From contig JALFOF010000088.1 in assembly GCA_022773825.1 (NCBI GenBank), positions 7,236 through 71,235 of the forward strand: DNA of 64,000 nucleotides. Reading direction: 5' to 3'. The DNA is from Prevotella sp. GTDB lineage: Bacteria; Bacteroidota; Bacteroidia; Bacteroidales; Bacteroidaceae. The position numbers were made by a program, and so were the translations under genes. Shown piece by piece: positions 10,231 to 20,804 of the stretch (position 1 is its first letter; every line of letters starts with the position of its first letter). Below the pieces are notes generated by a model that saw nothing but the letters and a program-made list of their open reading frames with translations, did not search any database and was not told the DNA's origin.

Positions 10231-10824
10231 ATGAAAGACCTCAACATTCCATTGCGAGACATTGCGCGCGAACTGGCGCGCAGGTTCAGCACCATGTCGC
10301 ACGACGAATTGGCCGTGCTTGAAGGCATTCTCGTACCAATGAAATTTGTCAAAGGAGAGAAAATTCTCTGTGCCGGCGATTATTCTAAATACATATATTA
10401 TGTGCATCAGGGACTGGTGCGGCAGTATTACTTCAAGAATGGCAAGGAGATGACGAACTTCCTCGGGGTGGATGGCTCTGTGATAATGAGCATTGAGAGT
10501 CTGTTCCGCGAGACGCCAAGTCAGGAGACGATAGAGGCTTTGGAACCTTGCTACGTCTATGCCCTGCCGAAGAAACGCCTGGAGGAGGTGGCGCTGCACA
10601 ACCAGAACATACAGATACTGTACCGCAAGATACTTGAGGAGGCGCTGATAGAGGCGCAGATTCATGCGGACTTGGTGCGTTTTGAAACCGCACAAGACCG
10701 CTACCGCCGTATATGCAAACAGATGCCTAAGGTGGTGCTGCGCGCACCGTTGGTATTCATTGCCAGCTATCTGCAGATGACGCCAGAGACCCTGAGCCGC
10801 GTGCGCTCCTCCACTTTGACATAA
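10231..10824 (+). CDS. Crp/Fnr family cNMP-binding regulator
   Basis: cNMP-binding beta-roll and C-terminal IASYLQMTPETLSRVR HTH. Confidence 0.9.
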   Translation: MKDLNIPLRDIARELARRFSTMSHDELAVLEGILVPMKFVKGEKILCAGDYSKYIYYVHQGLVRQYYFKNGKEMTNFLGVDGSVIMSIESLFRETPSQETIEALEPCYVYALPKKRLEEVALHNQNIQILYRKILEEALIEAQIHADLVRFETAQDRYRRICKQMPKVVLRAPLVFIASYLQMTPETLSRVRSSTLT

Positions 10825-10825
10825 T

Positions 10826-11072
10826 GTTAGAGAGGAGTTAAGGGGGAGTTATTTGGAGTTTGCGGGAGTTAACGGGAGTTAGCGGGAGTTATCTGGAGTT
10901 AACGGACAAGTGTATTTACGGTCTTACATTTGTCCGCTAACTTCTCTTTAACTCCAGCTAACTCCCCCTTAACTCCAGCTAACTCCCCCTTAACTCCAGC
11001 TAACTCCCCCTTAACTTCCCCTTAACTTCCCCTTAACTTCCCCTTAACTCCAGCTAACCTCCCTCTTAACTC
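10826..11072. repeat. Long imperfect inverted repeat built from 10-11 bp GGAGTT/AACTYC units (family C)
   Basis: 7 GGAGTT units on the left, core hairpin CGGACAAGTGTA-N10-TACATTTGTCCG (10903-10936), about 13 TAACTYC units on the right. Confidence 0.9.
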
Positions 11073-11086
11073 AAACAAAAACAGAA

Positions 11087-11479
11087 ATGAAAGAGCTATT
11101 ATACATATTCATTGGCGGAGGCACGGGCAGTGTGCTCCGCTTTTTTATTTCCATGATATGGAGACATCTGTCGCTGCACCCACGATTTGAGGGCGTGGTA
11201 TTCCCATGGCCCACGTTTATCGCTAACATCATAGGGTGCTTCCTGATAGGTCTGTTCTATCAATGTGGCGAGAAATGGGGACTATCACCAGAGGTGAGGT
11301 TGATGCTGACAACGGGACTCTGCGGCGGTTTCACTACATTCTCCACCTTCAGCTACGAGGGTGTGGCGCTGCTTAACGGAGGTTACTACGCAACGTACCT
11401 GACATACGTTGCTTTGAGCGTAGTACTGGGGCTTGCCGCCGCTGCCATACCATTGCTGCTCTTGTCAACACATAGTTAA
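11087..11479 (+). CDS. crcB: Fluoride efflux channel CrcB/FluC
   Basis: GGGTGSVLRF, FPWPTFIANIIG, GLCGGFTTFSTF. Confidence 0.95.
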   Translation: MKELLYIFIGGGTGSVLRFFISMIWRHLSLHPRFEGVVFPWPTFIANIIGCFLIGLFYQCGEKWGLSPEVRLMLTTGLCGGFTTFSTFSYEGVALLNGGYYATYLTYVALSVVLGLAAAAIPLLLLSTHS

Positions 11480-11528
11480 ACAAGAGCAGCAATGGGGGTT
11501 CTGACAACGAAAGCTATGGCGCGCTGTC

Positions 11529-12434
11529 TTAGACAACGCCGATTATATCTTGCACACTGGTGCAACCATGACTGTCAAGCCATGCGTTGAGACCATCGCG
11601 CACCTTTATCGTGACGGCGGGATCGAGGAAGTTTGCCGTGCCTATCTGTATGGCCGTAGCACCTGCCATAAGGAACTCCACAGCGTCCTCAGCGGTGCAA
11701 ATACCTCCAAGACCTATCACAGGCACTTTAACAGCTTTTGCCACCTGGTGCACCATGCGCACCGCTACCGGCTTCACTGCAGGACCAGAGAGGCCGCCTG
11801 TACCTATTGAGAGCAGCGAGCAACGCTTCTCTATGTCTATCGCCATGCCCATGAGGGTGTTGATCAGCGACACGCTGTCTGCCCCCTCGCTCTCCACTGC
11901 ACGTGCTATCTCCGTGATATCCGTGACATTGGGCGAGAGCTTCACTATCAGCGTCTTGTCATAACGCTTGCGCACCTCGCGCACAACGCTGGCTGCTCCC
12001 TCCGCGGTTGTGCCGAAGGCCATGCCACCATGCTTTACGTTGGGGCAAGAAATGTTTAGCTCTATGGCAGGGATATTGTCCAGTTCGTTGATGCGTGCCG
12101 CACACTCCCCATAGTCTTCCACGCAGGAACCGCTGACATTCACTATCATGTTTGTGTCGATGTCCTTTATTTCAGGGTATATATGCTTACAGAAATAGTC
12201 CACGCCCTTGTTCTGCAACCCCACACAGTTGAGCATACCACTTGCCGTTTCCGCCATCCTTGGATAGTCGTTGCCCTCACGGTGCGCTAATGTTGTGCCC
12301 TTTACTATTATGCCGCCAATCTCATTCAGGGGCACGAAGTCTTGAAACTCCACGCCGTAGCCAAACGTGCCTGACGCGGTCATCACGGGGTTCTTCAGTG
12401 CCAGCTTTCCTATTTGTACGTTTAGATTTGCCAT
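11529..12434 (-). CDS. pyrD: Dihydroorotate dehydrogenase B catalytic subunit
   Basis: [37 protein letters not shown]. Confidence 0.96.
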   Translation of the reverse strand: MANLNVQIGKLALKNPVMTASGTFGYGVEFQDFVPLNEIGGIIVKGTTLAHREGNDYPRMAETASGMLNCVGLQNKGVDYFCKHIYPEIKDIDTNMIVNVSGSCVEDYGECAARINELDNIPAIELNISCPNVKHGGMAFGTTAEGAASVVREVRKRYDKTLIVKLSPNVTDITEIARAVESEGADSVSLINTLMGMAIDIEKRCSLLSIGTGGLSGPAVKPVAVRMVHQVAKAVKVPVIGLGGICTAEDAVEFLMAGATAIQIGTANFLDPAVTIKVRDGLNAWLDSHGCTSVQDIIGVV

Positions 12435-12447
12435 TGTCCTTTTTGTT

Positions 12448-13221
12448 TTACTGCCATTCCAGCCTTTTTGAATTGATTACAGGTCCCTCGGTGCATATAC
12501 ACACATTGCCTTTGTCCTGCGTCTTCTCCACACAGCAAAGGCAGGCACCCAGTCCACACGCCATTTTGTTCTCCAGACTGACCTCACACTCCGTGTCGGT
12601 CTTTGCGGCATATTTTGCCACCGCCGCCATCATTGGCTTCGGGCCACAGGTGGAAATCATGTCGAAGACTTCGTTTGACAGTATGCTGTGATTGGTAACG
12701 AAGCCTTTTTCGCCTTCCGAACCGTCTTCTGTTGTCACGAATACCCTGCCGACAGCCTTGAAATCGTCTATCATAAGCAGGTCTTTCGCCGTGCGAGCAC
12801 CAAGCAAGAAGGTTGCCTCGCCACCTTGTTCCTTTATCTTCTTGCCAAGGTAGAGCAGCGGGGCGACTCCTACTCCACCACCTACGAGTAAGTGTTTCGC
12901 CGTACTTTCTTTTGGCATAGTGAAGCCATTACCAAGGGGGAGCATGACGTTCAGCGTGTCACCAGCGTTTAGCTGCGCGAGCTTCCGCGTGCCATCACCA
13001 ATGGCTGCCACCAGAAGGTGCAGCTCATTCTTCGCCACATCCACATTATTTATTGATATAGGGCGTCGCAGGAACGTGGTAGGTGAGCCGTCAACCCTTA
13101 CCTCCACGAACTGACCGGGATGCATTTCAGGGAGCACCTCGCCGTGGGTCAGTTTTATGAGCACGTATTTCTCGTTGATGTGCTCTACGGATGTCACCGT
13201 CATGTCAAGACATTTTTTCAT
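12448..13221 (-). CDS. pyrK: Dihydroorotate dehydrogenase electron-transfer subunit
   Basis: [33 protein letters not shown]...C [2Fe-2S] motif. Confidence 0.95.
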   Translation of the reverse strand: MKKCLDMTVTSVEHINEKYVLIKLTHGEVLPEMHPGQFVEVRVDGSPTTFLRRPISINNVDVAKNELHLLVAAIGDGTRKLAQLNAGDTLNVMLPLGNGFTMPKESTAKHLLVGGGVGVAPLLYLGKKIKEQGGEATFLLGARTAKDLLMIDDFKAVGRVFVTTEDGSEGEKGFVTNHSILSNEVFDMISTCGPKPMMAAVAKYAAKTDTECEVSLENKMACGLGACLCCVEKTQDKGNVCICTEGPVINSKRLEWQ

Positions 13222-13245
13222 TGTATGTCGATGTTTACTTTATTA

Positions 13246-14718
13246 TTAAATTCTCGTCAGTATGCGGAGCAGCAGTTTCCACACTTTCTCCACCGATGGT
13301 ATATGCAGCCTTTCGTCAGGCGAATGGACGCCCCTCATCGTGGGTCCCATGGACAACATGTCAAGGTGAGGATAACGTTCAGCGAAGAGTCCACATTCCA
13401 GTCCGGCGTGGATGCCCACCACTTTCGGCTCTGTGCCGTAGAGTTCACGATAACATTCCACGGCGACAGAGCGCAGTTTGCTATTCGGGGTCATCTTCCA
13501 AGCAGGATAACCATCGCTGTGCCTTATCTCATCAGCGGCGGCAAGCTCAAAGACTGCCCTGACGGTATTCACCATATTGGTGAGATTACTCATCACGTTT
13601 GAACGCTGGCTGCACGTTATGACGCACTCGCCCTTGATGCCGTCATTGCCGCTAACGGTTGTCTTTACCACGGCAGTGTTTGAGGACGTCTCCGTCATGC
13701 CACCGAGTTCCTCGTCTTGGCATACGCTGAATACGCCGTTATGAACAGCCTGCAACGCCGTGATTATTCTTTTACTACAATCAAAAGGCATAACTCTCTC
13801 GGCATCAGCGCTTCCCATGTGCCATACTACAGCAGGTTCTGTAACGTGAAATTCTTCTTCCACGTCATGGCAGAAGATATTCCAGTCAACCCTTACCGTC
13901 TCTTTCTCCTCAAAGGGCACGGCAAAGACCACTGTGCCCTCACGTGTTATAGCGTTGTGAAGTTTGCCGGCATCGAAGCGTGCAAGCCTCAGGGGCATCT
14001 TGCCCTGCTCTTGATAGAGAAATCTTGCAAGCAGTTTTATGGCATTGGCTCGCTTCTTGTTTATGTCGTCCCCGGAATGGCCACCCGTCAGCCCTTTCAC
14101 CGATGCCTCCATAAAGAATATTCCCTTCGGTGCGTCCTCCATGTCATATCGGAACGTGGCGGTGGTTGTCTTGCCTCCTGCGCACGAGACATAAAAGAGC
14201 CCTTCGTCCTCGGAATCAAGGTTCAGCAGCATAGAACCGCGCAGCATATCGCCCTTCAGCCCGGCAGCTCCTGTCAGCCCTGTCTCCTCATCACGAGTGA
14301 AAAGACATTCTATCGGCCCGTGCTCTATGCTGTCATCGTCGAGCAATGCCAGCTCCATAGCGCAACCGATGCCGTCGTCCGCTCCTAAGGTTGTACCCTG
14401 TGCACGCATCCATTCACCGTCGATGTAGGTCTCTATCGGGTCGGTCATAAAGTCTATGTCTTTCCCAGCAACCTTGTCGCACACCATATCCATGTGGCTC
14501 TGTATGATTACCGTGGGACTATCCTCATATCCTTTTGAAGCATTCTTGCGTATGATGACGTTGCCTGTCTCATCCACAACGGTCTCCAAGCCACGACTTT
14601 CGCCAAAATTCTTTAGGTAAGCTATCATCTTCTCCTCATGCTTCGAGGGTCTTGGAATATCGTTTATTTCCTGAAAAAAGCGGAACACCCCTTTGGGCGT
14701 TAAGTCTTTTTTAGTCAT
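13246..14718 (-). CDS. pepD: Aminoacyl-histidine dipeptidase (M20C)
   Basis: PRPSKHE, QSHMDMV, TTLGADDGIG, DEETGLTGA, IHAGLECG, HSPDE. Confidence 0.95.
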   Translation of the reverse strand: MTKKDLTPKGVFRFFQEINDIPRPSKHEEKMIAYLKNFGESRGLETVVDETGNVIIRKNASKGYEDSPTVIIQSHMDMVCDKVAGKDIDFMTDPIETYIDGEWMRAQGTTLGADDGIGCAMELALLDDDSIEHGPIECLFTRDEETGLTGAAGLKGDMLRGSMLLNLDSEDEGLFYVSCAGGKTTTATFRYDMEDAPKGIFFMEASVKGLTGGHSGDDINKKRANAIKLLARFLYQEQGKMPLRLARFDAGKLHNAITREGTVVFAVPFEEKETVRVDWNIFCHDVEEEFHVTEPAVVWHMGSADAERVMPFDCSKRIITALQAVHNGVFSVCQDEELGGMTETSSNTAVVKTTVSGNDGIKGECVITCSQRSNVMSNLTNMVNTVRAVFELAAADEIRHSDGYPAWKMTPNSKLRSVAVECYRELYGTEPKVVGIHAGLECGLFAERYPHLDMLSMGPTMRGVHSPDERLHIPSVEKVWKLLLRILTRI

Positions 14719-14757
14719 AATTTAACTTTTTTATAATGCTGTTTCGGTTTTTCTTGT

Positions 14758-14800
14758 TAACTTTGCAAACGCATCGGCTTACAAACTCGCTGCAAAATTA
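14758..14800. promoter_or_regulatory. Overlapping divergent promoters for skp and pepD
   Basis: TAACTTTG on plus (14758-14765) and TAATTTTG on minus (14793-14800). Confidence 0.55.
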
Positions 14801-14838
14801 CAAAAAATACTGAAAACGAACAACAATTATCGAATAAA

Positions 14839-15447
14839 ATGACAAAGAAAAATCTTTTCTATGCAATGGCAGTAGGTGCGGTTGCAATGACACTGTGCAA
14901 TTCATGCGACAAATCCCCAAAGGCAGACGCTGCCGCTCCCGCAGCGGCAAAACAGTCTCAGGAACTTAAACTGGCATACGTGGAGGTCGATTCGCTGATT
15001 ACGCAGTATGAGTTCTGCAAGGAATACACGGAAATTCTCGAGAAAAAGAGCCGCAACATACAAAACACACTGCAACAGAAGGGACAGAAACTACAGGCTG
15101 ACGCTGCCAACTTCCAGCAGAAGCTTCAACAAAACGCCCTCGACCGCCCTACGGCAGAGAGGATGCAGGCAGCCCTGCAGAAGCAGAATGCTGACCTTGA
15201 AGCATTGCAGCAGCGACTTGGCACCGAGCTGCAAGAGGAGACGAACCAATACAATCAGGCCCTGCACGACTCTGTGCAGCACTTCATTGCCAAGTACAAC
15301 AAGACAAAGAAATACACCATGATATTCTCAAAGTCAGGCGACAACATACTGTATGCGGACCAGAGCGTGAATATCACCAATGAAGTCATCGCAGGTCTGA
15401 ACAAGGCTTACAAGAAGGGCACCGTAACAAAGGACGGAAAGAAATAA
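14839..15447 (+). CDS. skp: OmpH/Skp family chaperone (probable lipoprotein)
   Basis: Signal ending NSC, KLAYVEVDSL, Q-rich coiled coil, NILYAD...NITNEVIAGLN. Confidence 0.88.
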   Translation: MTKKNLFYAMAVGAVAMTLCNSCDKSPKADAAAPAAAKQSQELKLAYVEVDSLITQYEFCKEYTEILEKKSRNIQNTLQQKGQKLQADAANFQQKLQQNALDRPTAERMQAALQKQNADLEALQQRLGTELQEETNQYNQALHDSVQHFIAKYNKTKKYTMIFSKSGDNILYADQSVNITNEVIAGLNKAYKKGTVTKDGKK

Positions 15448-15467
15448 AGGTAGCATCATCTACTCCT

Positions 15468-15562
15468 CTTCAAGCCCCTCCCCAGCCCTCCCAAGGGAGG
15501 GAGTCAATACCACTGAAGGCATTTGGCTCTCCACCTCGGTGGAGCTGGGGAGGGGCTTGAAG
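15468..15562. repeat. REP-like branched palindrome
   Basis: Perfect 19-bp arms CTTCAAGCCCCTCCCCAGC / GCTGGGGAGGGGCTTGAAG enclosing hairpins CCCTCCCAAGGGAGGG and CTCCACCTCGGTGGAG. Confidence 0.8.
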
Positions 15563-15610
15563 GTTTAGGAGGGAAGAAGCGAATTATCCACAACCTTACA
15601 CCCTATCCAG

Positions 15611-16594
15611 ATGAAAGAGATACATTGGGGCTTCATCGGCTGCGGCGAAGTAACGGAAAAGAAAAGCGGACCAGCTTTCAACCAGATAGCAGGCTCGAAG
15701 ATAGTGGCGGTGATGAGCCGCAGCGGCGACAAGGCACGCTCATACGCCGAGCGACACAACGTGCCGAAATGGTACACTGACGCACAGGCTCTCATAGACG
15801 ACCCGGAGGTAAATGCCATATACATCGCCACGCCACCATCGAGCCACGCCACATACGCCATCATGTCAATGCGCGCTGGCAAGCCAGTATATGTAGAGAA
15901 ACCGCTCGCAGCAAGCTACGATGACTGCGCTCGTGTGAACCGCGTTTCGCAAGAGACACACGTGCCATGCTTTGTGGCTTACTATCGCCGCTACCTGCCA
16001 TATTTCCAGAAGGTGCAACAGTTGTTGCGACAAAACCGTATCGGCAAGGTGCTCAACGTACAGATACGCTTTGCCTGTCCGCCACGACAGGTGGACTACA
16101 ACGCACCGGAGGAACGCCCGTGGAGAATACAGCCCGACATAGCAGGCGGAGGCTATTTCTATGACCTCGCACCACACCAGTTGGATATGTTGCAACAGTT
16201 CTTCGGCGTAATAGTGCATGCCGAGGGGTACAGCGCCAACATCGGCGGACTGTATCAAGCGGAAGATACCGTGAGCGCATGCTTCCGCTTCGAGAACGGG
16301 CTGCCGGGCAGCGGCTCATGGTGCTTCGCAGGCCACGAGGCAGGGCGTGAAGACCGCATAGAACTGATAGGCGAAGAGGGCATACTGTGCTTCTCCGTCT
16401 TCGACTATGACCCCATACGCCTGCACACATCGCAGGGCATACAGGAGATAAAGGTGGAGAACCCTCACTATGTGCAACAGCCTCTGATACAAGCCGTGGT
16501 AGAGACGTTGCAAGGTAAGGGCGACTGCCAATGCACCGCACTCAGTGCAACGCCCACAAACTGGGCGATGGACAAGATACTCAGGAAATTCTGA
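15611..16594 (+). CDS. Gfo/Idh/MocA oxidoreductase
   Basis: WGFIGCGEV, IYIATPPSSH, VEKP, GGGYFYDLAPHQLD. Confidence 0.92.
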   Translation: MKEIHWGFIGCGEVTEKKSGPAFNQIAGSKIVAVMSRSGDKARSYAERHNVPKWYTDAQALIDDPEVNAIYIATPPSSHATYAIMSMRAGKPVYVEKPLAASYDDCARVNRVSQETHVPCFVAYYRRYLPYFQKVQQLLRQNRIGKVLNVQIRFACPPRQVDYNAPEERPWRIQPDIAGGGYFYDLAPHQLDMLQQFFGVIVHAEGYSANIGGLYQAEDTVSACFRFENGLPGSGSWCFAGHEAGREDRIELIGEEGILCFSVFDYDPIRLHTSQGIQEIKVENPHYVQQPLIQAVVETLQGKGDCQCTALSATPTNWAMDKILRKF

Positions 16595-16657
16595 GGGTGA
16601 GAAGAACGGATAAACTCACAGCAAGCAATCAATGACAAACAACCCAACAGAACCAAA

Positions 16658-17851
16658 GTGAGGCGCAGTATTCAAAGCATATTATTGATATTGTCAGCAT
16701 ACATCACATTCTCCACCGCCGCATACGCGGAAGCGGGGGATGTGGTGCTTTGCTATACACCAACCACCGCCGACACCACCTACGCCGCACTGCCTAAGGA
16801 TAGCACAGACATCACCGCCGCAAGCGCTCTTCAGCAGCCTACGGACAGCATGAAGCAATTTAAGAAAAAAAGCTGGTTCATAAGGGCTTATAACTTTATC
16901 GACAGACTACTATCACCGCCCCGCGACAGCAACTACATAGACGTACAGAACTACAACTGGTGCGCGGAGCTACAGGTCACATCGCGCTTTGAGCAATATG
17001 AGATAGACGCTACCAGTTTCCACCTGAAACTATCGCCGCAGACGCGTACGAGGATTGGTCCGTTCTTCGGATGGCGATGGGCGTTTCTCGGCTACAATTT
17101 CGACCTGAAATCGCTCTTCATAAACAGTGAAGACACCGACCTCGGCGGCTCCGTGTATTCCGCGGCCTTCGGCATTGACGCCTTCTACCGCCGCGTAGGG
17201 GGCAACTACAAGATACGCAAGTTACAGTCTGAGGGTAAAGATTACAGCGACCTCGTCAAGGGCAAGACCTTCAACGGCATACACATCGGCATGTCGCGCC
17301 TCAGTTTTTACTATATCCTCAACTACAAGCAATACTCACATCAAGCCGCCTTCAGCCAGACTAACCGCCAGCTACGCTCTGCCGGCAGCCCCATCATAGG
17401 TGCGTCATACGCCCACAACAGAGTCACACTCGACTGGGAGAAACTCAGCGCCACCATCGGTTCGGCGATACAGGGCTACGTGCCGCCAAAGGTGTTCCAG
17501 ACAATAAAGAACGACGAGTTTTCCGTAACAGGCGGATATGCCTACAACTGGGTATTTGCCAAAAACTGGCTTGCCGCAGGAGAGATGACCGGGTCGCTGG
17601 GCTATCTCGTGCACCACTCTGACGTAGAGGGCGACAGCAGCGGCTCCAGCTCGGTGTTCAAACAGATAGACACTTTCTATCGCAAGAACATAGCATTCAA
17701 CAGCAACATCCGTATGTCACTACTATACAACAACGGACCGTGGTTTGCCGGCACGCAGACGATACTGTTCTACTACCAATACGGCAACGGCGCGGTGATG
17801 ACACGCAACCTTCTTGGCTCGGTGTACGTTTACGTGGGATGCAACTTCTGA
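16658..17851 (+). CDS. DUF4421-like outer-membrane beta-barrel protein
   Basis: Signal peptide, IGPFFGWRWAFLGY, AAFSQTNRQLRSAGS, terminal aromatic residue (GCNF). Confidence 0.75.
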   Translation: MRRSIQSILLILSAYITFSTAAYAEAGDVVLCYTPTTADTTYAALPKDSTDITAASALQQPTDSMKQFKKKSWFIRAYNFIDRLLSPPRDSNYIDVQNYNWCAELQVTSRFEQYEIDATSFHLKLSPQTRTRIGPFFGWRWAFLGYNFDLKSLFINSEDTDLGGSVYSAAFGIDAFYRRVGGNYKIRKLQSEGKDYSDLVKGKTFNGIHIGMSRLSFYYILNYKQYSHQAAFSQTNRQLRSAGSPIIGASYAHNRVTLDWEKLSATIGSAIQGYVPPKVFQTIKNDEFSVTGGYAYNWVFAKNWLAAGEMTGSLGYLVHHSDVEGDSSGSSSVFKQIDTFYRKNIAFNSNIRMSLLYNNGPWFAGTQTILFYYQYGNGAVMTRNLLGSVYVYVGCNF

Positions 17852-17873
17852 CAAGCCACGCACCCCCTGCCAC

Positions 17874-17958
17874 GCTATCGCTATGCTTTTACCCTGCAAT
17901 CGCTATGCTTTCACAACGTAAACACATAGCGATTGCAGGGTAATCACTATGTGATTAC
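17874..17958. repeat. Array of four 19-bp palindromes at 22-bp period (family A)
   Basis: Units start at 17874, 17896, 17918 and 17940. Confidence 0.88.
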
Positions 17959-18085
17959 TCGCGAAAAACGACGAGAGCGGTGGGAACGACAGCATTACCA
18001 AGAACGCGACAGAGCACAGATACACGTCCCACACTATCATAGAACAAGAAAAATGACCGGCATACACCTATTTCATTACGTTTTT

Positions 18086-18117
18086 TTTGCCTCGTAAAGA
18101 TTTTTTTTGTAATTTTG
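18086..18117 (+). promoter_or_regulatory. Promoter of the nuo operon
   Basis: TTTG-N20-TAATTTTG. Confidence 0.75.
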
Positions 18118-18167
18118 CACTCGAATTGGTTGAATATATAATAATTTATCATACACAAATCTATTTT

Positions 18168-18518
18168 ATGTACTTCACTTTATTAATCACCGTTTTAGTA
18201 ACGGCTGTTTTCCTGGTAGTGGCGGCTTACATCACAGCCAAATTGCTGGGTCCACGCTCTTACAACCGGGTGAAGGGTGAACCATTCGAGTGCGGCATCC
18301 CTACGCGCGGCTCCTCATGGCTGCCAATGCACGTGGGTTACTACCTCTTTGCCATCCTGTTCCTCATGTTCGACGTGGAGACCGTCTTCCTCTATCCATG
18401 GGCAGTAGTAGTTAAGGATTTCGGTGCCATGGCATTGTGTAGCATTGGCTTCTTCATGCTGGTACTGGTATTTGGCTTGGCATACGCCTGGCGGAAAGGA
18501 GCATTGGAATGGAAATAA
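18168..18518 (+). CDS. nuoA: NADH-quinone oxidoreductase subunit A
   Basis: [24 protein letters not shown]; start moved to the ATG downstream of the promoter. Confidence 0.95.
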   Translation: MYFTLLITVLVTAVFLVVAAYITAKLLGPRSYNRVKGEPFECGIPTRGSSWLPMHVGYYLFAILFLMFDVETVFLYPWAVVVKDFGAMALCSIGFFMLVLVFGLAYAWRKGALEWK

Positions 18519-19195
18519 GGAAACCCGCAATCAAGTCTATTCCTTACGATGAGTGGAAAGACAACGAAACTCTTGAGCAGATAATAAACGAGCTCAACGA
18601 AGGTGGAGTGAACTGCGTACTCGGAAACCTTGATGCCCTCATCAACTGGGGCCGAAGCAACTCCCTGTGGTCGCTCACCTTTGCCACCTCCTGCTGCGGC
18701 ATCGAGTTCATGGCTTGCGGATGTGCACGCTATGACTTCGCACGTTTCGGATTTGAGGTGACACGTAACTCCCCACGACAGGCAGACCTCATAATGTGCG
18801 CCGGCACCATTACCCACAAGATGGCACCCGTACTGAAGCGACTCTACGATGAGATGGCTGACCCGAAATATGTCATCGCCGTTGGCGGATGCGCCATAAG
18901 CGGAGGACCATTCAAGGGAAGCTACCACGTAGTGCGCGGCATCGACGAGTTCCTGCCAGTCGATGTGTACATACCGGGCTGCCCACCGAGACCCGAGGCA
19001 ATACTCTACGGCATGATGCAACTGCAGCGTAAGGTGAAAGTAGAGAAATTCTTCGGAGGCGTGAACCAAAAGGAGAAGAACCCCAACCCACTGGTGATAA
19101 AAGACATCCCCAAGAAATTCGTGGAGGAGATGAAGAGCGCGGCACACGCCTGCGCGGACACCGTGAAGAAGGAAATCAATGACAGCTTTAAGTAA
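18509..19195 (+). CDS. nuoB: NADH-quinone oxidoreductase subunit B
   Basis: [30 protein letters not shown]. Confidence 0.96.
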   Translation: MEIRKPAIKSIPYDEWKDNETLEQIINELNEGGVNCVLGNLDALINWGRSNSLWSLTFATSCCGIEFMACGCARYDFARFGFEVTRNSPRQADLIMCAGTITHKMAPVLKRLYDEMADPKYVIAVGGCAISGGPFKGSYHVVRGIDEFLPVDVYIPGCPPRPEAILYGMMQLQRKVKVEKFFGGVNQKEKNPNPLVIKDIPKKFVEEMKSAAHACADTVKKEINDSFK

Positions 19196-19209
19196 GGAGG
19201 GACAGCGGA

Positions 19210-20772
19210 ATGAAACTTAACAATATAGTATATTCTTTCACAGAGTTTGCCAGCGAGATGGCAAAACTCCGCAATGAGAAGCATTTCGACTATCTCGTCA
19301 CCATAATAGGCGAAGACTTCGGCGAAGAGGGACTGGGCTGCATATACATAATGGAGAACACTGACACGCACGAGCGCATCTCTGTCAAGACCATGGCAGA
19401 AAAGAAAGGCGACAGCGACGTGATATACAGCGTCACCTCACTATGGAAATGCGCCAACCTCATGGAGCGCGAGGTGTTCGACTTCTACGGCATAAAGTTC
19501 CTCGGACACCCTGATATGCGCCGCCTCTTCCTGCGTAATGACTTCAAGGGACACCCCTTCCGCAAGGACTATGTAGCAGAAGAGGGCTATTCACTGACAG
19601 ACGACGAGGAGCGCGACTACACCATGCAGTACGAGTTGGACGCTGAGGGCAACTTGACAGAGAAACAGGTGCCACTGTTCGATGATGATGCATTCGTGGT
19701 GAACCTCGGACCACAGCACCCCTCCACACACGGTGTGCTGCGTCTGCAAACAATACTCGACGGCGAGACGGTGCAGAAGATTTACCCACACCTCGGATAC
19801 ATACACCGCGGCATAGAGAAGATGTTCGAGAATATGACATACCCGCAGACGCTGGCTATGACAGACCGCCTAAACTACCTCTCTGCCATGATGAACCGTC
19901 ACGCTATCTGCGGCGTGATAGAAGAGGCTCTCGGCGTGGAACTGAACGACCGCATCAAGACTATTCGCACCATAATGGACGAATTGCAGCGCATAGACGG
20001 ACACCTGCTGTACCTCGGATGTTACGCGCAGGACCTTGGCGCGCTGACAGCATTCCTCTTCTGTATGCGCGACCGTGAGTATGTGCTCAATGTAATGGAA
20101 GAGACAACGGGCGGAAGACTCATACAGAACTACTACCGTATCGGCGGACTGCAGGACGACATAGCACCCGACTTCCAAGAGAACGTGAAGAAACTGTGCA
20201 CTTACCTCAAGCCGAAGCTCGAAGAATACGCAAAAGTATTCGGCGACAACGTGATAACACACCAACGTCTTGAGGGCGTGGGCACCATATCAAAGGAAAA
20301 CGCCATATCACACGGTATGTCGGGGTCTAACGGACGTGCCTCACAGTGGGCTAACGACCTGCGTAAGAACTACCCCTATGATATGTACGACAAGGTAGAA
20401 TGGGAGCAGATAGTACTCGACGGATGCGATGCACAGGACCGCTATTACCTTCGTATCAAGGAGATAGAGCAGTCTATCCGTATTATAGAGCAACTGATTG
20501 ACAACATTCCGGAAGGCGAATACTATATCAAGCAGAAGCCTATCATCAAATGCCCGGAAGGACAATGGTACTTTGCCGTTGAGGGAACAAGCGGCGAGTT
20601 CGGCGTTTACCTCGACTCAAGAGGCGACAAGTCACCCTACCGCATGAAGATACGCCCGATGGCTCTCACACTGGTGGGTGCGCTGGACGAGATGCTGAGG
20701 GGAACAAAGATTGCCGACCTCATAGCAGTTGGTGCCGGTCTGGACTACATTATCCCTGACATTGACCGATAA
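19210..20772 (+). CDS. nuoCD: Fused subunit C/D
   Basis: EREVFDFYGIKFLGHPDMRR (C), then NLGPQHPSTHGVLRL, GYIHRGIEK and terminal DIDR (D). Confidence 0.95.
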   Translation: MKLNNIVYSFTEFASEMAKLRNEKHFDYLVTIIGEDFGEEGLGCIYIMENTDTHERISVKTMAEKKGDSDVIYSVTSLWKCANLMEREVFDFYGIKFLGHPDMRRLFLRNDFKGHPFRKDYVAEEGYSLTDDEERDYTMQYELDAEGNLTEKQVPLFDDDAFVVNLGPQHPSTHGVLRLQTILDGETVQKIYPHLGYIHRGIEKMFENMTYPQTLAMTDRLNYLSAMMNRHAICGVIEEALGVELNDRIKTIRTIMDELQRIDGHLLYLGCYAQDLGALTAFLFCMRDREYVLNVMEETTGGRLIQNYYRIGGLQDDIAPDFQENVKKLCTYLKPKLEEYAKVFGDNVITHQRLEGVGTISKENAISHGMSGSNGRASQWANDLRKNYPYDMYDKVEWEQIVLDGCDAQDRYYLRIKEIEQSIRIIEQLIDNIPEGEYYIKQKPIIKCPEGQWYFAVEGTSGEFGVYLDSRGDKSPYRMKIRPMALTLVGALDEMLRGTKIADLIAVGAGLDYIIPDIDR

Positions 20773-20804
20773 TCACACCTTATTATATATATAAAGAAAA
20801 CATT

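Noticed and set aside
10825-11086. Fluoride riboswitch upstream of crcB
   Set aside because: No GGCGAUGG...GCURAUG core; the gap is filled by the repeat. A vague look-alike at 11488-11520 is downstream of the gene and lacks the stems.
17874-17958. Family A arrays as CRISPR
   Set aside because: Spacers are only 3 nt, units are degenerate and flip orientation, and there are no cas genes.
19210-20772. NuoCD as a group 4 [NiFe]-hydrogenase large subunit
   Set aside because: Both CxxC nickel-binding motifs are absent; it ends in DIDR like NuoD.
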